Positions 61,322 to 64,000 of a stretch of DNA of 64,000 nucleotides are shown piece by piece. Location of the stretch: contig OZ024741.1 of NCBI GenBank assembly GCA_964016885.1, positions 365,862,001 through 365,926,000 of the forward strand, in the 5' to 3' direction. The notes under the pieces were generated by a model. It had not been told where the DNA came from, ran no database searches, and was given only the letters and a program-made list of their open reading frames with translations. Source of the stretch: Eledone cirrhosa. Its lineage: Eukaryota. A program made the translations under genes and the position numbers. Position 1 is the first letter of the stretch. Each line of letters begins with the position of its first letter.

Positions 61322-63995
61322 TATAAGTATCCCGGCGTTGCATGGGATAAGGTATTTTGGAACGTGGGCCGCGAACAAACCCAATCGTGGAAAAACTGCA
61401 TGACTCGACAATATGTAAAGAAAATAAACCGAATACTCTTATGGCTGGATAATCTTTAAGATTTTCCTCGATAAAAGAGGAAAAATTCAGGTTTTCACAT
61501 AATGTAGGTTTTCACCTAGGCCATAAAAAAGTTGAATTTTCTTTGCTCACGGTATGAAGAAGAGACTGACTAATACATAGTTACAATTTCAAGGAAATCG
61601 GTCTGAAGTGATGCCTCACAATACCACTAAAAAGCTGAAAAAACGCAGTTTTTCACCTAATGCGGGCCCTAGAGGATCAAAAAGTTGAATTTTTTATGTA
61701 TATAACACTCCATGAAACATAACGCGGGCCGCCAACAGACCTAATAGTGGAAAAACTGCATGCCTGGACATTATGTAAAGAAAACAAACCGATTACTCTG
61801 ATGCAATTCGTATTAGGCATGCTTCTACTTCCACGTGGAGAAAATCGGCTTGGTGCTTTTGTACTTTAATAAAGTGGCATTAGTCAGCAGGACAGATGTC
61901 AGCACTTATGTCAGAGGGAAGTCTGTAATGCTTGAGCAAGGCATGACGTGCAATCGGACAGCATGTGGAGCCTTCTAGATGGCGTTCACCGCACCTTAGT
62001 AAGTAATCGCAACTGGATAAATCTTTACCAAACTGTGGGTATAATTTAACACATTTAAAGAGGAATGGTGCAATAAAATGGGCCCCGAGGCGTGTGCGCG
62101 TTCACTGACAGCCCCAAACGAAAGGGTCGCCATCAGCTATTTCAAGGGCCCTTAAAAGGACCGTGTAAGCCGTTCACTGACACCCCAGTAAGGAGGGGTA
62201 ACCATCAACAATTTCAAGTGGTGGCCCTAAAAAGGGCCATGTGAGCGTTGACTTGTAGCCCTTAATAGTGACTTTGACTGCGTTCTCTGACATTTGAAGG
62301 AGGGTGTTATGGTTGCTTCCACTGGTAGCCTTTAGAATGAATCAGAATGCGTTCGCGGTCCGTTTAACAGCCATGAAGCTACTATAGCGATGTTTTTCTT
62401 TACCGGCTTTAATTTTTAGTGTTGTGTGAAATATATAACCTGCAAACCTGATTTTTGAATCTCAGCAGGATCGACTTTATTTCATTTGTTCCCCTAAAAG
62501 TTGGATTTTCCTTGCTCACGGTATGAAGAAGAGACTGACTAATACATAGTTACCTGCTTTCATTTTTAGTGTTGTGTGAAATATATAACCGTCTTACCTA
62601 AGCTTAGTATTGCCACGACCACGGCTGGCAAAGAAGTAAGGGTATGGTGGTACCTAAGTAAGCAATACTGTGGCTTAAAACGTGAGGAAGAAGTTGTGTG
62701 CACTTACCAACTGTTTGTGGAATGAGTGTGATATTTGTCTTGAGCAAAGGTGGCAGAATAACAGGAGGCAGTGGGCCGGAAGTGGAAAATCTGCACGCAG
62801 AGGGAATTTTGGGAAGTGACGTTATGCAGACAGCCAGGCATACAGACAGATATTATAAGGGAGCGACGTTATATGTATCTAAAAGGAGAAAGACTATGAA
62901 TTATAGAGAGATCGCTAAATCGCCTAATGCGGTACCTAGCGCATTGAAAATTTGAAAGTATTTTTGCTCAGAACACTCCCTGAAACATAAGTATTACATG
63001 TGTAAAGTTTGAAAACAGTTGGTTGGGTGTTTCTCGAGTTTTAGGGATTCAGACTCACACACACACACAGGCAGACTTCCTCAGTTGTATATATGTAGAT
63101 TACTAGCAGTAGTAACCGGCGTTGCACGGGATAAGGTATTTTGAACGCGGGCCTCCAACAGACCTAATCGTGGAAAAACTGCATGCCTGGTCAATATGTA
63201 AAGAAAATAAACCGAATACTCTGATGGCTCAATAATCTTTAAGATGTTCCTCGATGAAGCAGGAAAAATGCAGGTTTTCACCTAATGCGGGCCCTAGGGG
63301 ATCAAGAAAATGAATTTTTTTTATGTGCATAATATGCCTTGAAATTTTGGGAAAATCGGCTAGACATAACGCCTCCAAAAAGCCCTAAGAAGTAGCAAAA
63401 ATGAAGTTTTTCACCTAATGCGGGCCCTAGGCCATAAAAAAAAGTTGAATTATCTTCGCTCACGTTATGAAGAAGAGACTGACTAATACATAGTTACAAT
63501 TTCAAGGAAATCGGTCTGACGTAACGCCTCAAAAAAACCCTAAAAAGCTTAAAAAACGCAGTTTTTCACCTAATGCATAACATTCCGTGAAACCTAAGTA
63601 ATACACATGTAAAGTTTGAAAAAAATCGGTTGGGTACTTCTAGAGTTTTAGGGATTCAAGCTCACAGACACACACACACAGACAGACATCCTCAGGAAAG
63701 TGACGTAATGCAGAGAGCCAGATATACAGACAGATATTATAAGGGCGCGACGTTATATGTATGTATCTAAAAAGAGAAAGACTAATAATTATAGAGAGAG
63801 AGATCGCTAAATCGTCTAATGCGGTCCCTAGGGCATTGAAAATTTGAAATTTCTTTTTAATCAGAACACTCCCTGAAACATAAGTATTATATGTGTAAAG
63901 TTTAAAAAGAGTCGGTTGGGTGTTTCTCGAGTTTTAGGGATTCAAACTCTCACACACACAGACAGACATCCTCAGTTATATATATAGAGAGATTT
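61322..63995 (+). mobile_element. Two head-to-tail Helentron/DINE-like non-autonomous elements (junction ~63100) with internal repeats
   Basis: 5' hairpin ccggcgttgcayggg at ~61332 and ~63116; 3' ends cagac.tcctcagtt.tatatat.taga at ~63072-63100 and ~63960-63995; many internal duplications. Confidence 0.65.
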
Positions 63996-64000
63996 TAAAA

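Overview
AT-rich, microsatellite-dense animal DNA with no host gene I can support; the SINE families look like those of octopus (inference from memory, not a search). It opens with a 19-bp minisatellite (1-7950) and ends with a hAT MITE and Helentron/DINE-like repeats. Most of 8-60 kb is a chain of retro-insertions into (TA)n tracts: two decayed Penelope-like elements (PLEs; RT + GIY-YIG), many 5'-truncated PLE ends, and three families of non-coding 300-500-bp tandem monomers that each carry a minimal type-I hammerhead ribozyme (non-LTR retrozyme-like). I read about 35 intact or degenerate hammerhead motifs by eye, including U3-A8 compensatory core variants in three unrelated families. Most of these insertions share one architecture: two copies joined head-to-head with both 3' ends in (TA)n, one arm ending at a fixed internal site and the other carrying an extra tail. 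A Naiad-type PLE has an in-frame TGA at a conserved Cys position (possible selenocysteine). Coordinates were read manually and may be off by a few bases.
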